DNA of 63,366 nucleotides, the filler included, from Folioceros fuciformis (taxonomy: Eukaryota), in the NCBI GenBank assembly GCA_049999805.1. It is 17 parts of 17 records of this genome, joined end to end, with 100 filler letters (N's around TTAATTAATTAA, not from the genome) between each part and the next. Parts side by side here need not be neighbours in the genome. Positions count along the whole stretch, not along the records: positions 25,726 to 30,172 come from JBNGIO010006781.1; positions 30,273 to 33,229 come from JBNGIO010006783.1; positions 33,330 to 34,881 come from JBNGIO010006784.1; positions 34,982 to 48,274 come from JBNGIO010006785.1; 13 more parts are not named here. One strand, 5' to 3'. This document shows positions 26,129 to 40,500 of the stretch, one piece after another (the stretch's first letter is position 1; every line of letters starts with the position of its first letter). The notes beneath the pieces were generated by a model that saw only the letters and a list, made by a program, of their open reading frames with translations, had not been told where the DNA came from and did not search any database. The translations under genes and the position numbers were made by a program.

Positions 26129-27070
26129 TCTCGCTCCCACTGTAATGCCTCCCGAGGACTCCTCTCTCTCCCCCTGCGGGGCAGCCAATTGGCTACCTTG
26201 TGGCACCGGTAGGAATTTCACACCACCTCTAGTAGAGAGGCGTAGCGTGAGACGGCCCTCACGCGAGGGCAAAACCCCTACGAGCTCAGCAGCCGCGGGC
26301 AGGGGATATGCAGGAGGACGTACACACAAACAAGGCAGAAGCAAACGCCAAGTTCAGAGGAGGGAGGCGTGGACAAGTTCAGAACAGGACACTTCCACAC
26401 CAATGCTAGACACCGGGGAAGCGGGGTTCAGGAGGCTTGGCCGAAGGCTTGGAGGCTCCGCTTCGCATTATCTCCACAAGACTGCGTGTCACAGACAAGA
26501 AGGACAAGAAGCTCCCATCCAAGCACTCCACACCCAGACCGTAACCCTACCGCACCTCCCACAAACCCTCACCACTCCACACTCCACTTCACTCCAAACA
26601 ACACCCAAATTTCCCTCACAACGCTCCGCCGGAATCACACACTCACGCACACCAGGAAGCCCACCCAAACGAGCCACAAAACAATGCAAAAGGGACCGGA
26701 GCCAGCTGGCCGCGACGACGGCAGGCGGCAAAACAACACCAGACCACACCAGAATTGACAGAGAAAGAAGGCACACAAAGCGGAATCGCGGCAGGGAGAT
26801 CAGCAGATCCCCTCAGCCACGCGAGACCATCACACTTCCACCACACAGAACAACAGCGGACCACACAGGCGGGCAGGATGCAAAGCTGGAGACTCGCCAC
26901 ACAGCGCACAGCGTGGCTCCCACGCACAGGAGCAAGGACTGGGGCAGGAGCTGGAGCAGGCCGATCGCAAGAGCAAGCGCAGTCGCGGGCGCAAGCAGAG
27001 CGTGAAGCCCCGGAAGCAGAGGCAGCAGCAGGCGCTACAGGTGCGCGGCAGCAGAGGGAGCAGGAGAGCG

Positions 27071-27101
<31 letters not shown>

Positions 27102-27699
27102 GAGGTAAGGAAGGAAGGAGCGCGATAGAGAGAGTGAGGAGAGGAGAGGAGCCAGGCCTCGCCTGAAAGCTTAGATTGAAGGAGCAAGTAAAGGGCCTGT
27201 CCATGGGCCCCTGCAGTATAAGTAGTCTCCCACTAACCCAGGGTTAAGCATTAACCCAGAGGCTGAGCCCGATACTGAACCTGTGTGCCGGAGCCGGTCG
27301 CCGGGTCCCGCCCAGGGTTAAGCGTAGGACGTAGGAGTAAGGCCGGCAGCACTCGGGGCGGACCGGGCCGGGCCACCTCCTTGGGCCCCAAACGTGCACG
27401 CTTTTCCAGCCATGGCCCACCCCCCACTTGGGTCGTCGGGCCTGATTTTCCAAAATCTTTCCGCCCTTCCGCCTTTCTTTCTACCACTATTGTGCGCAAT
27501 TCTTCCCCGAAAACACACAGTTTCAAAGTCAAAAACGCTCAACACCACCTTGAACTTTGCTTGGGGATTCCTCCCCCCATGTTGTCATTGTTCTCCACAA
27601 ACTCCCTTTGCCAGCCCACCGGTTCGCTTGTCAAGGCCACCAGTGTGCACCCTACCTCGACCTTATATTCTTATTATTATTATTTTGCTTTTTCATATT

Positions 27700-30172
27700 C
27701 TCTTTCTTGTAATTTTATCTCATGGAGTGAAAAAAGATAACAATCTGTCTTCTAACTAGATTATTTGTCTGTGATATTATTAAACATGTTGGGTATAAGG
27801 ATGGGTGTAAACACCATAAAACCAACCTCATGTCTGCTCTAGAATTGAACTTTTACTATTATGAATAGATGTGGATACATATAGTAAAAGTCATACGTTA
27901 CTTGGGATAGTGATGATGGGTAAAATAAGAGTGGGCTCGTGATGTAGTAGAGACAAAGAAAAAAAAAACAGCCTTGAACCTTTTTTTTTTAAGAATCATT
28001 GCAGGAAAAAGAAATGGAAAAAAAAACCCCCTTACTCACTTTGTAGTGTGTCTAGGTATCATGAATCACCAAAAAGAAATATTCTTCTCTCTACACACAA
28101 GAAGTAGTAAGAGTCATGGCACAAGAATTAAGATTTTGCTTAGAAGGGAAGTAATGAGGGAATAATAAATCTCAAAGTTTATGTAAGTCATCCAAAGGTG
28201 TTGTTGTGTACAAGATTTTTGCATCATGGAATGTGGAATGTATAACTCAAGTTCATGGGAATGTACACATGAAATTTACAAGCCTACATCTATTCATGGA
28301 AGAGTAAACAAGCATGCACCACCATGACAACCTCAAGTCATTGTCCCACGGTATGCTCCATCTAAAGAAGGCAGTGTCTTCTATTATAAGGACTTGTCTT
28401 CCAAATCCATTAGGCTACGAGGTTGTGGTGGTTTCGGGGAGGTTGTGGTCGTTCCGGGTCCACTGTGGGCACGCACGCCCTTTTGATCCAACCCTAAGGA
28501 CTACGCAGTCCTTCTACTCTTGTAAGGCTCTTTTTGAGCTCAATTGCCTTGAGATCGATGCGAAGAAGAAAACGTTTGCTCCTGCAAGGCTCTTGTGAGT
28601 TGGTGAGCTCATGCTTGCGGTGCTAGAAGGTTGAGGCTCTTTCGAGCCGGTGAACTCATGCTTGTGGTACTCCTTTGAGCTAGTGAGCTTATGCTTGCGG
28701 TAGCGTAAGGTTCATGCTCTTTTGAGCAAGTGAATTGATTCTTAGGGGATTGTGAGCTCGTTCCCACTTGACTTTCGTTCTCAAGGTTCTTCCAAGCCCA
28801 CTTTTTATCTATAGCAAGGTTCTTTTGAACCCACTTTCGTACATGATGAGGTTGTATCAAGCCCATTTGGGTAGGCTATAAGGCTCTTTTGAGTTCGCTT
28901 TTGTACACACTTTGAGCTTCTTCTGAACCCACTTTAGTATCCATCGTTTGGTTCTTTCAAGCTTGCTCTCGTAATAAGCTTTTGAACTCATCCTACTGAA
29001 AGGGAAGGGAAAGGGTTTGAGAGAAACACCTCACATACTGAGAAGGATTGGGCAAAGTACAATTGGATATGTATAGACCCACAAGGACACACACAAGACA
29101 CATCCACTGCAAGAATGTTTGTGTGTTTTTTAAAGAGTCACACACTAAAGGCCTAAAAGCAGAAGTAGAACAAGTAAACACTCACCCTAATAGTACTACC
29201 ACTAGTACATGTACTACCGACTATGAAGTTCATTTGTTCCCATGTGTTGATTTGGAGGAATGAGCATATTATGTACTAGGGCATCTTCTCTCATGATTTT
29301 CCAAAAAGAAGGCTTGGCCTTTGATCTCCTATGCATCACCCAAGTCATTGGAAAACCAGGAAAACCTCAAGTGTTCCAGGATAGTTTGTTGCATGAATCT
29401 TTTCAAAAGGGCAACAAGACTAATAACATTTGGCAATGTAAGAAGAATAGCTTGCCCTTGGATTGCATGAAAAGCCGACAAAAAATCATGGTACATGATC
29501 CAATAAGATTCTATTGCATCTCTAGGACGTCATTAAATAATATTAGTGTGTATGATTTTATTTTCTCCATGCATTTTTTCTACAAGTGCCAGCCGTCATA
29601 TCCACGTGTTTATAATGAACAAAATGGCATATTATGATGGATATTATATATGCAGATGACTAACATAATCATATACTTTTATGCTGATGCATATTTGTAA
29701 AGTGTTGCAGACCAATAGAAATGGGCTATGCTAATGGGCTCATCTTGTGCTTATGCATATGCTATTTTCTTTGTCTTTAAGATAAAATCCTTGAATTATG
29801 CTCTCTTTCAATCCGTGGCGCACCTTTGGTTTGACTTCGTGTGCGCAATTTGAGATTAAGTTGGCTTTAATTGAGATTAAGTTGGCTTTATTTTGAGTAG
29901 AATAGTTGTAAGTAAGAAAGTAAGTAGGTGGTGTTTTTTTTACAATCATGAAGTAAATTTGATGCCGTGGTGGGTAGGTTCTAAAGGGCGGAAAGTGAAG
30001 TGTGAAAAAAAAAAAAAAAAAAAAAACGGTAGCATGGCAATTAAAGGCTGGCAAGCGTTTAATGGGAGGGGCGCCTCAAAAGAAGTGATAAAAAGCCGGC
30101 GGCCATCACGCGAGGGCGGCCCGAATCAGGCCGCCGATCGTCCGTACCAAAACCATGCAAGGACATTAAAAC
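27700..30172. repeat. AT-rich degenerate repeat, probably retroelement non-coding or LTR-like sequence
   Basis: No coding frame. Contains A-tracts and internal short direct repeats: gtgagctcatgcttgcggt variants x3 near 28603-28702 and ttgagattaagttggcttta x2 near 29850-29890. Confidence 0.35.
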
Positions 30173-30272
30173 NNNNNNNNNNNNNNNNNNNNNNNNNNNN
30201 NNNNNNNNNNNNNNNNTTAATTAATTAANNNNNNNNNNNNNNNNNNNNNNNNNNNNNNNNNNNNNNNNNNNN

Positions 30273-32010
30273 CCAGCCAGGATCCGTGTCTCCATCCTTC
30301 ACAGGAGACATGAAAGAAAAAGACAAATTTAATGGAAATCGCCATGACATTTGGAAAGTCATAATCAAATCTACCTAAGTTGCTCATGGAGTCTGGAAGG
30401 TAGTGGATGGTACTTACCCTGATCTTGGCACCCCTGCCCATCTAAACATTTCTGGTGCTGTTGTTACCCAAGCCAGAAAATTAAGTGGGATGTAGCAAAC
30501 AGTATAGCCGTTGCCCTGATCATTGCTGGCCTTGATTTTGATTTAGTCCCAGAGGTAGAGTTCTTGGAATCGTCAAAAGAGATATGGGACCAATTAGCTT
30601 CTACCTATCAAATCTTAAATTTGATGACGATGTGTGCTATTAGTGGAGAGTTTACAAACCTGAAGATGAGAGAGGGAGACTCGGTTTCTATTCATGCGAG
30701 CAAATTCCGGCATTTGCGTGCTCAGTTAGCCTCCCTTAGCACCACCTTCACGGAGATTGAAGTGGTGTCTCAGTTCCTTCTCAGTCTTCCTCCTAGCTAT
30801 CAGACCTTTGTCACCACTCAAAACGTTCCTATCCAAGTTCCTAACCAACCTATCCCTGCGGCCAAGTTACACCAACCCTTAGTGTTGTGATTGGTGCATT
30901 ATACTAGGAAGAACAAGTCTGCCAGATGCGTGGACAAGAACAACATAAAGGCAAAAATGCTAAGGGGTTTTCTGACTGGAGGGGCAAAGGCTGAGGTTGT
31001 GGAAGAAATCATTGTCAACGACCATCCAATACTGGCGGCTAGAGTTCCTCATAAAATACATAGAAACGTCAAGGCAACTACAACTGGTGCGGGTTGCTTG
31101 GCCAATGGGTAGCACCTCATCCAGCAACTACGAATTCAGTAACCCAACAAAATAAAGATAAGGATATAGTAGATTTCTCAACACAAAATTCAGGCAAGCC
31201 AGTTGTAAAGATTCTAACCATTTGTCTACATACTCTAGCGAGTGAGGCTGATAGTTGGTACTTGGACAGTGGGGCAACAATGCACATCTGTCGGGATGGG
31301 TCTCTCTTTACTTGTCTGACCCTTTCTTCTGTTCCAGAAAAAGTCTACCTTGGTGATGAGAGAAGTTCCACTAGCTTAAGTATCTTAGGGTCTGGAACCT
31401 GCCAATTCCTGTTGCATGATGACTCTGTGTTAGTGCTGCCAGATGTCTTATATGTACCAAAAATGGCAAAGTGCTTGATGTCCTTGAGTAGACTCATGAA
31501 AATCAAAAGTTTAGTCCTTACTGTGTCAGAGAATGTCTGTAGTTTTTCCATACCTAGTGCTCCTGACATCTGCATCTTCAAGGCTTTTCTTGAGTTAGAG
31601 TTGTATCGTCTAGACATATCCTGCACACGTCGAGAGCAAGTCTTTTCAATAACCAGTGGCAGCTTAACAGCTACCCAAATGGCTAGGCTATGGCATGCAC
31701 ACCTTGGCCATGCTAATTATACTAAACTCTTGGCATCATCTAGACAGGACTACTACAGGGAGCCGTTACCTTCATCTTTTAAGGAGCTCCCTACATGTGA
31801 GATTTTTGCTTTGGCAAAACAGCGTGAAGCTTCATTTCCTCGCACACCTGCTCACAAAACAACAGCAGTCCTGGATTTAGTGCATTCTAATATATCCCGA
31901 CGGCTGCAAGTCCCTTCCTTAGGTGGAGCAGAATATTATCTTACCCTTACGGATGACTTTAGCCAGTATACTTGGACATATCCTATGCAAAGGAAAAGCG
32001 AGACATTCAC
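30273..32010 (+). mobile_element. Ty1/Copia LTR-retrotransposon gag-pol remnant (gag, protease, GAG-pre-integrase, integrase N-part)
   Basis: KFNGN..VWKVVDG, SKEIWDQL..LKMREGDSV, FLLSLPPSY, WYLDSGATMH, LWHAHLGH, LDLVHSNI and YYLTLTDDFSQYTWTY occur in Copia order, with stops and frameshifts. Confidence 0.93.
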
Positions 32011-33992
32011 CTTTTTCCTGCTCCAAATCATAAATCATGGCACGGAAGAAATTGGATTCCTCCCAATCCTTGTCATTTGCATTTTTCAATCCGTTGAGCA
32101 AACTTTGAGCCTTTTGAAAATCAACCTTTCTCAATTGCTCACAGCGCTCCAACATCTCATGAAGAAGATGTTGTCCTGTTGATCCTTTGCCTTTGTTCCC
32201 TAGTTGTTGTTCAATTGCAAGTGCTGAGATCTTCATCACTTGCACAAGTTCCACTACGTTGACCATAAGATCTTCATGATATGTGCATCACCTTCCTCTG
32301 CCACTGGGGTTGATGGGAGATTGTCATGATTGGAGATTTCCCTTTGCGATGCCTCACAAGAGGGACTACCTCTTCTTTCTCCTCCTCAGCCTCCTCATAG
32401 GGTAGGTTTGGTACCTACACAGAAGGTGTTCCTCTCTACCCATCTTGATCTATAGCTTCCCCCAGCTTTGGACCCTTCTCTCGTAGGGTGATCACTGCAA
32501 ATGGTCTCTCCACTACATTGTAACATTGTCTTCTCTTGTTACACTAATGGTGGATCCCACCTGATACCTCAATCTTATCCATGGAAAACACTTAACAGAC
32601 TACCAAATCTAGACATCCTAACTTGGTAGACATGAAGACTTTATTTTCCATTTTAACATGCCTACAGATCCCTACATGTTGTGCCTTTGGGCATCAAGTC
32701 CATCCTTTGGACACGGCACCAAGTGGGGTAGCGCTGTGCCCGTGACTGCTTCAGCTGCATGGTTCATAAGCCAAGGAATCGAGTAGGCCATTGATGGTCG
32801 GCCCGTGACGAAAGAAAGAAATCATTCCACCCACAGTCATGCCACAAGCAATCGATCATGCTCTGCACTTTGTTTCAACGAAAAGGGGTTCCTTTGCAGC
32901 AACCTGAATTGGGTAAATCACTAGAATTGACGCTGGTTGAGCATAAACACCAAGCGACAGTCTTATATAGAATCCAGGCTGCAACAGGCTCAATCATTCA
33001 TGACAAGACAAAATGCTAGGTATCGCGGTGGCGCCCTCTCTTTGTGATTTCACCAATTGCCTGTCTCGAGGTTTCTGAAGGAGTATTGATGTTGGCATAA
33101 TGAGATAAAGGTTATATAATATCCAGTTTCATATAGTGTGTATAGACTTAACATATCTTACCTCTTCGCTAGGGTTACGAGTGTTAGTAATAGTCACACC
33201 CATTCATAAATAGTTAAGTTCAAGTTTCANNNNNNNNNNNNNNNNNNNNNNNNNNNNNNNNNNNNNNNNNNNNTTAATTAATTAANNNNNNNNNNNNNNN
33301 NNNNNNNNNNNNNNNNNNNNNNNNNNNNNAATTGTTTGTGAAGGAGGGGGAAGGAATTGCGCAAACACGGCAGGCATTAGGTGACTTCGGATGTGGAACT
33401 TGGTCTGTGAAGGGATGGGGGCTAGAGGTAGACTGTTAGGATAGTGGCAAGTGTGTCAGATTGTGTGTGAACCACTATGTATGTAGATAAGGGTCAAGAG
33501 CCTGCACCCAAAATCTGTGTGTGCTTCCGATTTGCAGCAGTGGGGGCAGTACAGCAGGTTGCCCGGCATTGTGGCACCTGCTAATCCAGAGTCTGCTGCA
33601 GCCTCCGGGCGGCCTGCAAGAGGAGACGCACTTGCAATCGCACCAATTGCCCTTCATCTCTTGTGCTGGTACATCAGCGGCAACGAGTCATCCGCTTCAT
33701 CCTCCCCTGCTTTCTCACCCGACCCGGCCCCCGCAACATTGTCCCAACCACCCGGCTTTACGTACTGGCATGCACTGGCGGGTACTGAATTCCAGGTCCC
33801 CGACTAACCCTTCTTTACAGCTAGACATTGGCCTGATTCCCCCTCGTGCTTTTCTCTTGCTGAACAAACCCTTGGCCTGAATCGCATGTCGTCTCTCTTG
33901 CCGGAGATGGGCTGTCTGAAAGCGCCGGCCACTCTTGACTTGCATGGCAACCAAGTCACAATGTTTCCCATGGAGGCTTGCAAGCAGGACGC

Positions 33993-34523
33993 CTACGGGC
34001 AAAGTTTGGCCCTCTGCATACCCATAGTGAAGGCGATTATGACAACCCTAAAGCTAAAGTGAACACAAGTCTCTTCAACATCCTGATCAGCTTTGGAACG
34101 AAGTACTAATACGAGAAGGCAGATACAATGGCCAACATGACCAGGTACGATCTTGTGCAGAGAGCATGAACTTGGAGGTGAGAGCGAGGCTGTGGAGAGA
34201 CTGCACGATGCAAGGGTAGGTGATAAGAGACCACTCACCATAGGTGATGGGGATGCGGCCCAAGAGGTAGTACTCGATGACCGACATGGATGACGAGAAG
34301 ATCATGACAAACATTGCCGTTGCACTTGTCACCTGCGGGCAGGTAGCATTGAGCTGAACGCTTTGAAGCACACACACAAATACCGTCGCAAACAGAACAT
34401 GGCTTGTAGCTAGAAGCGCAGCCCAGATTTGGTTTCTCACCTGAGGACTGATGCCTATTTTCAGAAGCTGAGGGCCCTGAATGTCCAGAGCCCAACCCAA
34501 GACACATTTCTCATCATGGTGAC
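33993..34523 (-). pseudogene. Sulfite exporter TauE/SafE family pseudogene (3' exons)
   Basis: [43 protein letters not shown] is intact. There is a frameshift between 'CLGLGSG' and 'GPQLL', and a stop in the next exon ([21 protein letters not shown]). Confidence 0.7.
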
Positions 34524-35399
34524 CTTACCAAGCCTGCATACACCTGGACATGAACAAGTTGCAGTGAGAAACCCGTAAGCCAGTATTGTGAGTTGCAACA
34601 ACAATCGCCACGACCTCTGACTTGTGTTGCGAAAGCCCACCACAGGAACTCCAGTCAACATAAGTGAATGTGTTGCAGGTGCGAAGTCCATTGGTGGCTT
34701 GCATCGGGAGGCCGTAGGGGCTTTCTATATGCACCACCAAAGCAAAGCTTAGCAGCCGAGAGCCAGCAAGAAACACACAAACAATAAGGCCCGGACAACA
34801 TTGTTCAGCGTATATCTTTGTGACCCGTTTTTCGCGAGGCTGTCAGTGACGAAGGGTGGAGGGCATTGGTATGGCATGGGGNNNNNNNNNNNNNNNNNNN
34901 NNNNNNNNNNNNNNNNNNNNNNNNNTTAATTAATTAANNNNNNNNNNNNNNNNNNNNNNNNNNNNNNNNNNNNNNNNNNNNCCCCTCTTCCGCCCCGCAC
35001 TGCCTTGGTCTCGGACTTCCACCCTTCGCTTTGGCCCCGATCCTCTTGCCGGCTCGCTCATTCTTCCGCTCGCAATTCTGCGCTTTCTTGCGCGGCTTTG
35101 CGGGAGGGGATCGGTCGGGTGTAGTGCGCTGCGCTGCGTTGCGGGACTCTCTGCGGTTCCTTTTTGTGCGGGATCGAGCTCGCGGCTGTCCGCTCTGTGC
35201 AATGCGGGTAAGGCGCGGCATTGCTGTTTGATTCCAGTATCGGATGCTTCGGTGGAGCATTGGGCAATTGACGGTCTGTCAGTCGGTCGGTCGGTCGGTC
35301 CAGTCTTGAGCGAGTTCCGGGGCGGGGACAGAGTATTGATCTCGGAGAGGAGCGGAGTGCGGGGTCCAAGCTATTGTGAAGTCGTCTTTCTGTGGCCGG

Positions 35400-35432
<33 letters not shown>

Positions 35433-35639
35433 CCATCCATCGAGTGACGGGAGCTGAGGTTGTCGAGGAAGGGAAGGGAAAGTCGGTACGAGCTTTGCCC
35501 ATTCTTGAACCGAGCAAGTAAGTGGCTGAGGAAATGGCTGTGAGTGAAGTGTAGCAGTTGCGTTGAGGGAGCGGTGGTAAGGAAGGAAGTGTCCCGGCCC
35601 GCTCCTGCTTTGTGTCAGTTTCAATTTTCAGACACGACG

Positions 35640-36590
35640 ATGCCTGGCAAGCGCCCTCGTGCCCTGCAGCGGACTCAGAGTATTGCTCATCTTCACTTTG
35701 ATGGCAATGCTAACCAATGCTCGCCTCTGCCGGAGCAGCAGCCGGTAGAGAAGCAAAAGGCGGGGAGGGGCCCTGTCATGAGTGCTGCTCGGCAGGTTAT
35801 TGGCTTCGCGCCGAAGCCCAATGTCGAGATCGATTTTGCCGAGAAGAAAGTGCCTTCCGCCGCTGCGGCCGGGGCCTGCCACAAGCCGTGCGGGCCGCAG
35901 CAGCGCTCGGGCCTCTGTGACTTGTTCTCGGGCAGCCGTCCCTGCTGGAAGAAGGATGCTCAGGGCATTGGCCTCGGAATTGCTCTGGAGAAGGAGCACG
36001 TGCCTTATGGCGGAGTGGAGGGAGTGGAGCATCGGGCGCTGGCTGCGACACCGGCCACGGCGGCATCTGCTCATCAGCCTGTGGTCTCTCCCCCGCGGAC
36101 TCCCAAGGCCAGCTCTCCGATCCCCATCCAGGGCCTTAAGCCGCGCTTCGACCACCCGCCTGTGCGGACACGGCCGGAGAGCTTCCTCTCCAAGGCGGTG
36201 GAGGCGGAGGAGCAGCAGATTGCGGCGCAAGAGGCTGCGGCAGAGGAAGAGTCCGTGGACGGCAACAAGCTGCTCTTCGCGCCACTGGCCGTGGCCGCCA
36301 CCCCGCCTCTGAAGAGCGCGCCTGCTGAAAACGGCTTCGCGGCTCTACATTTTTTGGATGCCTGCCACTACTGCAAGCGGATTTTCGGGGAAGATCGGGA
36401 TATCTACATGTATAGAGGAGACAAGGCTTTCTGCAGCGTGGAATGCCGCCATCACCAGATTGTTCTGGACGAGAGATTGGAGAAGTGCTCAGCAGCTGCC
36501 CTGGCAGGCAGTGCAATCACCCCTGCCCGGCACATGAGCCATCGGAACAGAGTCATGGCAGTAGCGGCCGGCACAGCCGCTGCTGCCTAG
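35640..36590 (+). CDS. FLZ: FCS-like zinc finger (FLZ/DUF581) protein, SnRK1-interacting family
   Basis: [29 protein letters not shown] (CX2CX17FCSX2C) and the GIGLGI motif. The ATG follows a putative 5'-UTR intron (GTAAGT at 35518 to TTTCAG at 35631). Confidence 0.93.
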   Translation: MPGKRPRALQRTQSIAHLHFDGNANQCSPLPEQQPVEKQKAGRGPVMSAARQVIGFAPKPNVEIDFAEKKVPSAAAAGACHKPCGPQQRSGLCDLFSGSRPCWKKDAQGIGLGIALEKEHVPYGGVEGVEHRALAATPATAASAHQPVVSPPRTPKASSPIPIQGLKPRFDHPPVRTRPESFLSKAVEAEEQQIAAQEAAAEEESVDGNKLLFAPLAVAATPPLKSAPAENGFAALHFLDACHYCKRIFGEDRDIYMYRGDKAFCSVECRHHQIVLDERLEKCSAAALAGSAITPARHMSHRNRVMAVAAGTAAAA

Positions 36591-37584
36591 AGCCGAAAAC
36601 CATATTTTGAAGAGCCCGGGCCGGAGTCGGGAGTCGGAGCCGTGATTCAAGACAGCCTGCCTCGCCTCTGTGGGTATAACTTTTGTGTGCATACCATGTA
36701 AAGCTTAACCACCGGAACAATCTAGGTAGATGTGACATACCAGGCACGAGAAGCTACCGCTGCTGCTGCTCTTCTGCCTAAGTTGCTACACATGCTGTGC
36801 TAGTTTTTGAAGCTGATCGAGGAAGCGCTCTCAACTTCCCTACTACTTACTTACTTTACTGCCTTACGTGTAAAAAAAAAACCAAAACATGAGACACTTT
36901 TGTTCAATTTATTCACCCGATAATGTAATGCACGCAATCTTCCATATCTCCTGCTTCTCGTAGACGACAGTCCAGTTTCCATTCTCCAAAGTTTTGATAT
37001 TCCCCAAGCTGCTCTGCTCCAGGAGTCTGCGGTCCTTCTCCCTACGTGGTCTTCCGGAAGTCCAGCACCAAGTGGCCCGGATCAGATCTGGTACAAAAAA
37101 AGTAAGAATTCGCAACCTGGTGGGTTGCTCTCTGCTGTAGCAACTGTTTCGCAGGGCTGGCGTCTGAATCTGCCGGCCAGCCTTGCGAACTCCATAGCCA
37201 GGTTGCCAGCTGCTGTTTCACCGGCCTGCCTTTTACCATGCAGGGCACAGCAGAGCAGAGCAGGGAAGAGTATGCAGAGGGCAGGCATAGGAGGTGGTCC
37301 CTTCTCGCTGTCAGGCATGGCGTCTCCCAGGCCAGCAGTTCACATGTTCATACATTCTACGTTCCAACAAGTTCGGAATGCAGCGGATCAAACATGGGCA
37401 CCGTTTTTATTATCATCTACAGCAGTGTGTCGTGATCCATATCACAAAGAATGATGTACGCACCTAAACTCACCAAAATATCTTGCAACTTAGGTGTTGC
37501 GTCGTCAGCAGCGTGGTAACCCTATCTCCTATCCTCCATGCCTAATCCAACAGAGGTTTCGGAACAGTGAGTGAGAGAGACAAA

Positions 37585-40500
37585 CTACTTCAGATCTTCC
37601 ACATTACCCAGGCGTCTTGCCAGTATGGAGATGACGTCATCGCAGTTCCCGAGGCCTAGCACTGAGATGTCGTCAGCGGAGGCCTGAGGAGGTTCGATCC
37701 GCCCTGGGGATTCAACCTGGATGTCGTCCATACGGGCCTGGACCCGCTGCTCCTGCTTGCCCAGGAGGCCAACCAACTCGGCCATGCCCAGAGAGTCTCT
37801 GATGCTCGGGACGTCCAAGGACAGGAAAGGCGCCCTAACCCCTCCTTGCAGGAGAAATTGCACAAGGTTAGGCTTTTTACGCGTCAGCTCCACCAAGGTA
37901 ACCTGCACAGGACCAGTCACAGCCACCATTACGCGTCTGGTGCAGCCTCCTTCAAAAGCCACAGCCTTGGTGTGCCGCATATCACTACGCTCCCGTCCGT
38001 CCGTGCACACCAATTATGAGCGTGCACCTAACTTACCGGGGCGGATGCAGCGATGCCGGCCTTTTGCTTTGCGATTGCAACAGCCCTGTTGAAACCGCCG
38101 ATGGCGTCAACCAGACCCCGAGATAGTGCAGCTTTGCCTGTCCACACACGGCCTTGGGCCACATTCTCCATCGCGTCCACCTGCGTGCACAACAACATCC
38201 AGGGAGGGAGTCACACATCCGGATGATGCCTGTCACTCATCGCCATCGTGGCCAGAATTCTGTGTTTCCGGTGGACCTTCATCTTTCTTGAGAAGGCTGC
38301 CTTGTCGCGGAATATTTTGTATGCCGTCATAGCCTGCTGCTTGAAATACTCTCCCTCGTCGGGCCTGTTCAGTGGACCTGCCGCTGATTAGCAGAGGGCT
38401 CATTGTGTGACTTCAGAAACACAAGCATGGCCTTGGTTCTGTTCTTACGTGAAGCCTCGCTGATCAGCGTTCAGATCCGCAAATCTGCCCTTCGAGATGA
38501 CCTCCTTTCCGTAGCCTATCTTCCCATACAGCTCCTGGAAGTTGAATTTCCCTGTTCCGTGATGGGAGGTTAGCGAAAGTCACATGTTTCTTGTACACGG
38601 ATTTGGCAGCTAAAACGGTACCAGTGCACAGCCCATCCCATTCCAAAATAGCAGAGGCCCCCAAGGTTTCTCCTAGGAACAACCTGTTACCACTCCGATG
38701 GATCCGGTCAGTGTCAACTCCTCAGCCACGATGACTCCAGCTGCCATTGCCATGTAGTACCCTCCACTTGCTGCGACGTCCACCATGGATGCCACGACAG
38801 GTTTCTTTTCGGCCAGCAGCCTTATCTCCCTCCAAATCCTGTTGCAACAAAGACAGCCACAGCAAAATGTCAGACACAAGGTTCCCTGCGCACACAGGAT
38901 CTGCCCAAAGGCGAGCACGGTATGGCATACGCTGCTGTTTACTTAACAAATCAGACGCAAGGGCATCTCCACCAGGACTATCTATCCGTAGTACAACAGC
39001 CTTGTAATTTTTTGAAACTGCACATCACAGCAACACAGGATTTAGAAAGATCAGAGGGCCCGACGTGAGCCTCACAAAAGAAAAAACCACTAGAGGGGAA
39101 AGGAAAGGAAAGCACCTCCTATACTACGAATTGTCTCAATCAATGTTTCAGCGGCAATGCCCTCATCCTGTGAGCCGATGCCACCGCCACCACCTTTGGA
39201 GAGCCTTATCCCTCCGACAGCTCGGATCACTGCTATCCGATTGTGGCCACCTGCAAGGCCGAGAGTTGATGGTTTTACTCGGGAGTATTTCCTGTACATG
39301 CAAGACAAGGCAATTGCGTCCGGTTAAAAGGTGCTCAGTGCAAATCGGCGAAGAAGCACAAAACACGTTCAGTGGCAAACACTACTTGTAGCTGACTGTC
39401 GAAAGTGCCTTCTCCTCGTTTGCACCTATTTTCTTCTTTAGCAAGGAATCCACCTTCACAACAAAGCCAGCAAATCAGAGCGGCACGCATGCCAAAGTGC
39501 AACCCAGTAGAACATGCCAATCCTGTGCACATGTACCTCATCCTCGTATTTGATATCAGTTATCCAACCGTCAGCCTTCAACTTCTCAACGTTACCCTCG
39601 CCCTCCTCCAACAGCTTTAATAACTCATCTCTTGTCCTCCCTATTGACAAAAGGGTAAAGCATGACCATCAGGGAAAAGTTACGCTCGTGTGCTCAGGAT
39701 GTACTTGATCAACGGGACTGTGACACAAGGACATAGTCGTACCAGTGGAGGCCACGATTTTCTCAGACCAACTCTCAAACACATCATCCAGTATGGCAGT
39801 TAACATTTCCCGATTCGCCTCTGACATCTCCTTTCTTGTTATTGTGTCTCCAAAGCTCTTATACTTGCCAATTCGCTGAAGCTCTGGCTCAATACCAACC
39901 TTCTCCAGCACACCTGCACAGTGAAGTTACTGTCATCTTCTGAACTACACACATGTGAACACCGTTTCATTCACCAGGGCCATCACAGTTGTCCAATTCA
40001 CCTCCAACAAATGATGCTTGAACTTTCAGGCCACGCAATGAAATGTATGCAGCTGGTGGTGCATACAGCTCTCCACAAGCACAGGCTAAATAATATTCTT
40101 TCTCGCCACCGATAGATAGATAGCCAACAATAGGCTTTCCTGCAGACAAGAATAAAACCATGAGTCAGCCAACTTGCGATACACAGCACAAGAAAAATAC
40201 AATCCGTTTGTCCCAACACGCACAGGATTCATAATGTCATATACCCCATTCCCGAAGCAGAAGTTTTCACCTGACTTCTTGAAATACTCTACATGACGCC
40301 GGATCTCATCAATTTTCCCCCAGCCACAGGCAAGAGGTTGGATTTGCAGGAAAACTGCTGCGATGCGGGGGTCATGTGCTGCGTTCATCAGGTTCCGACA
40401 CACCTGAGGGAGGGACACCACTGTGCCGAATCGTCCTTCATATCGCTCTGCGATCTGTACCATCAACGCGCTTTCAGTATCCTGAGGGGCAACAAGAAAC

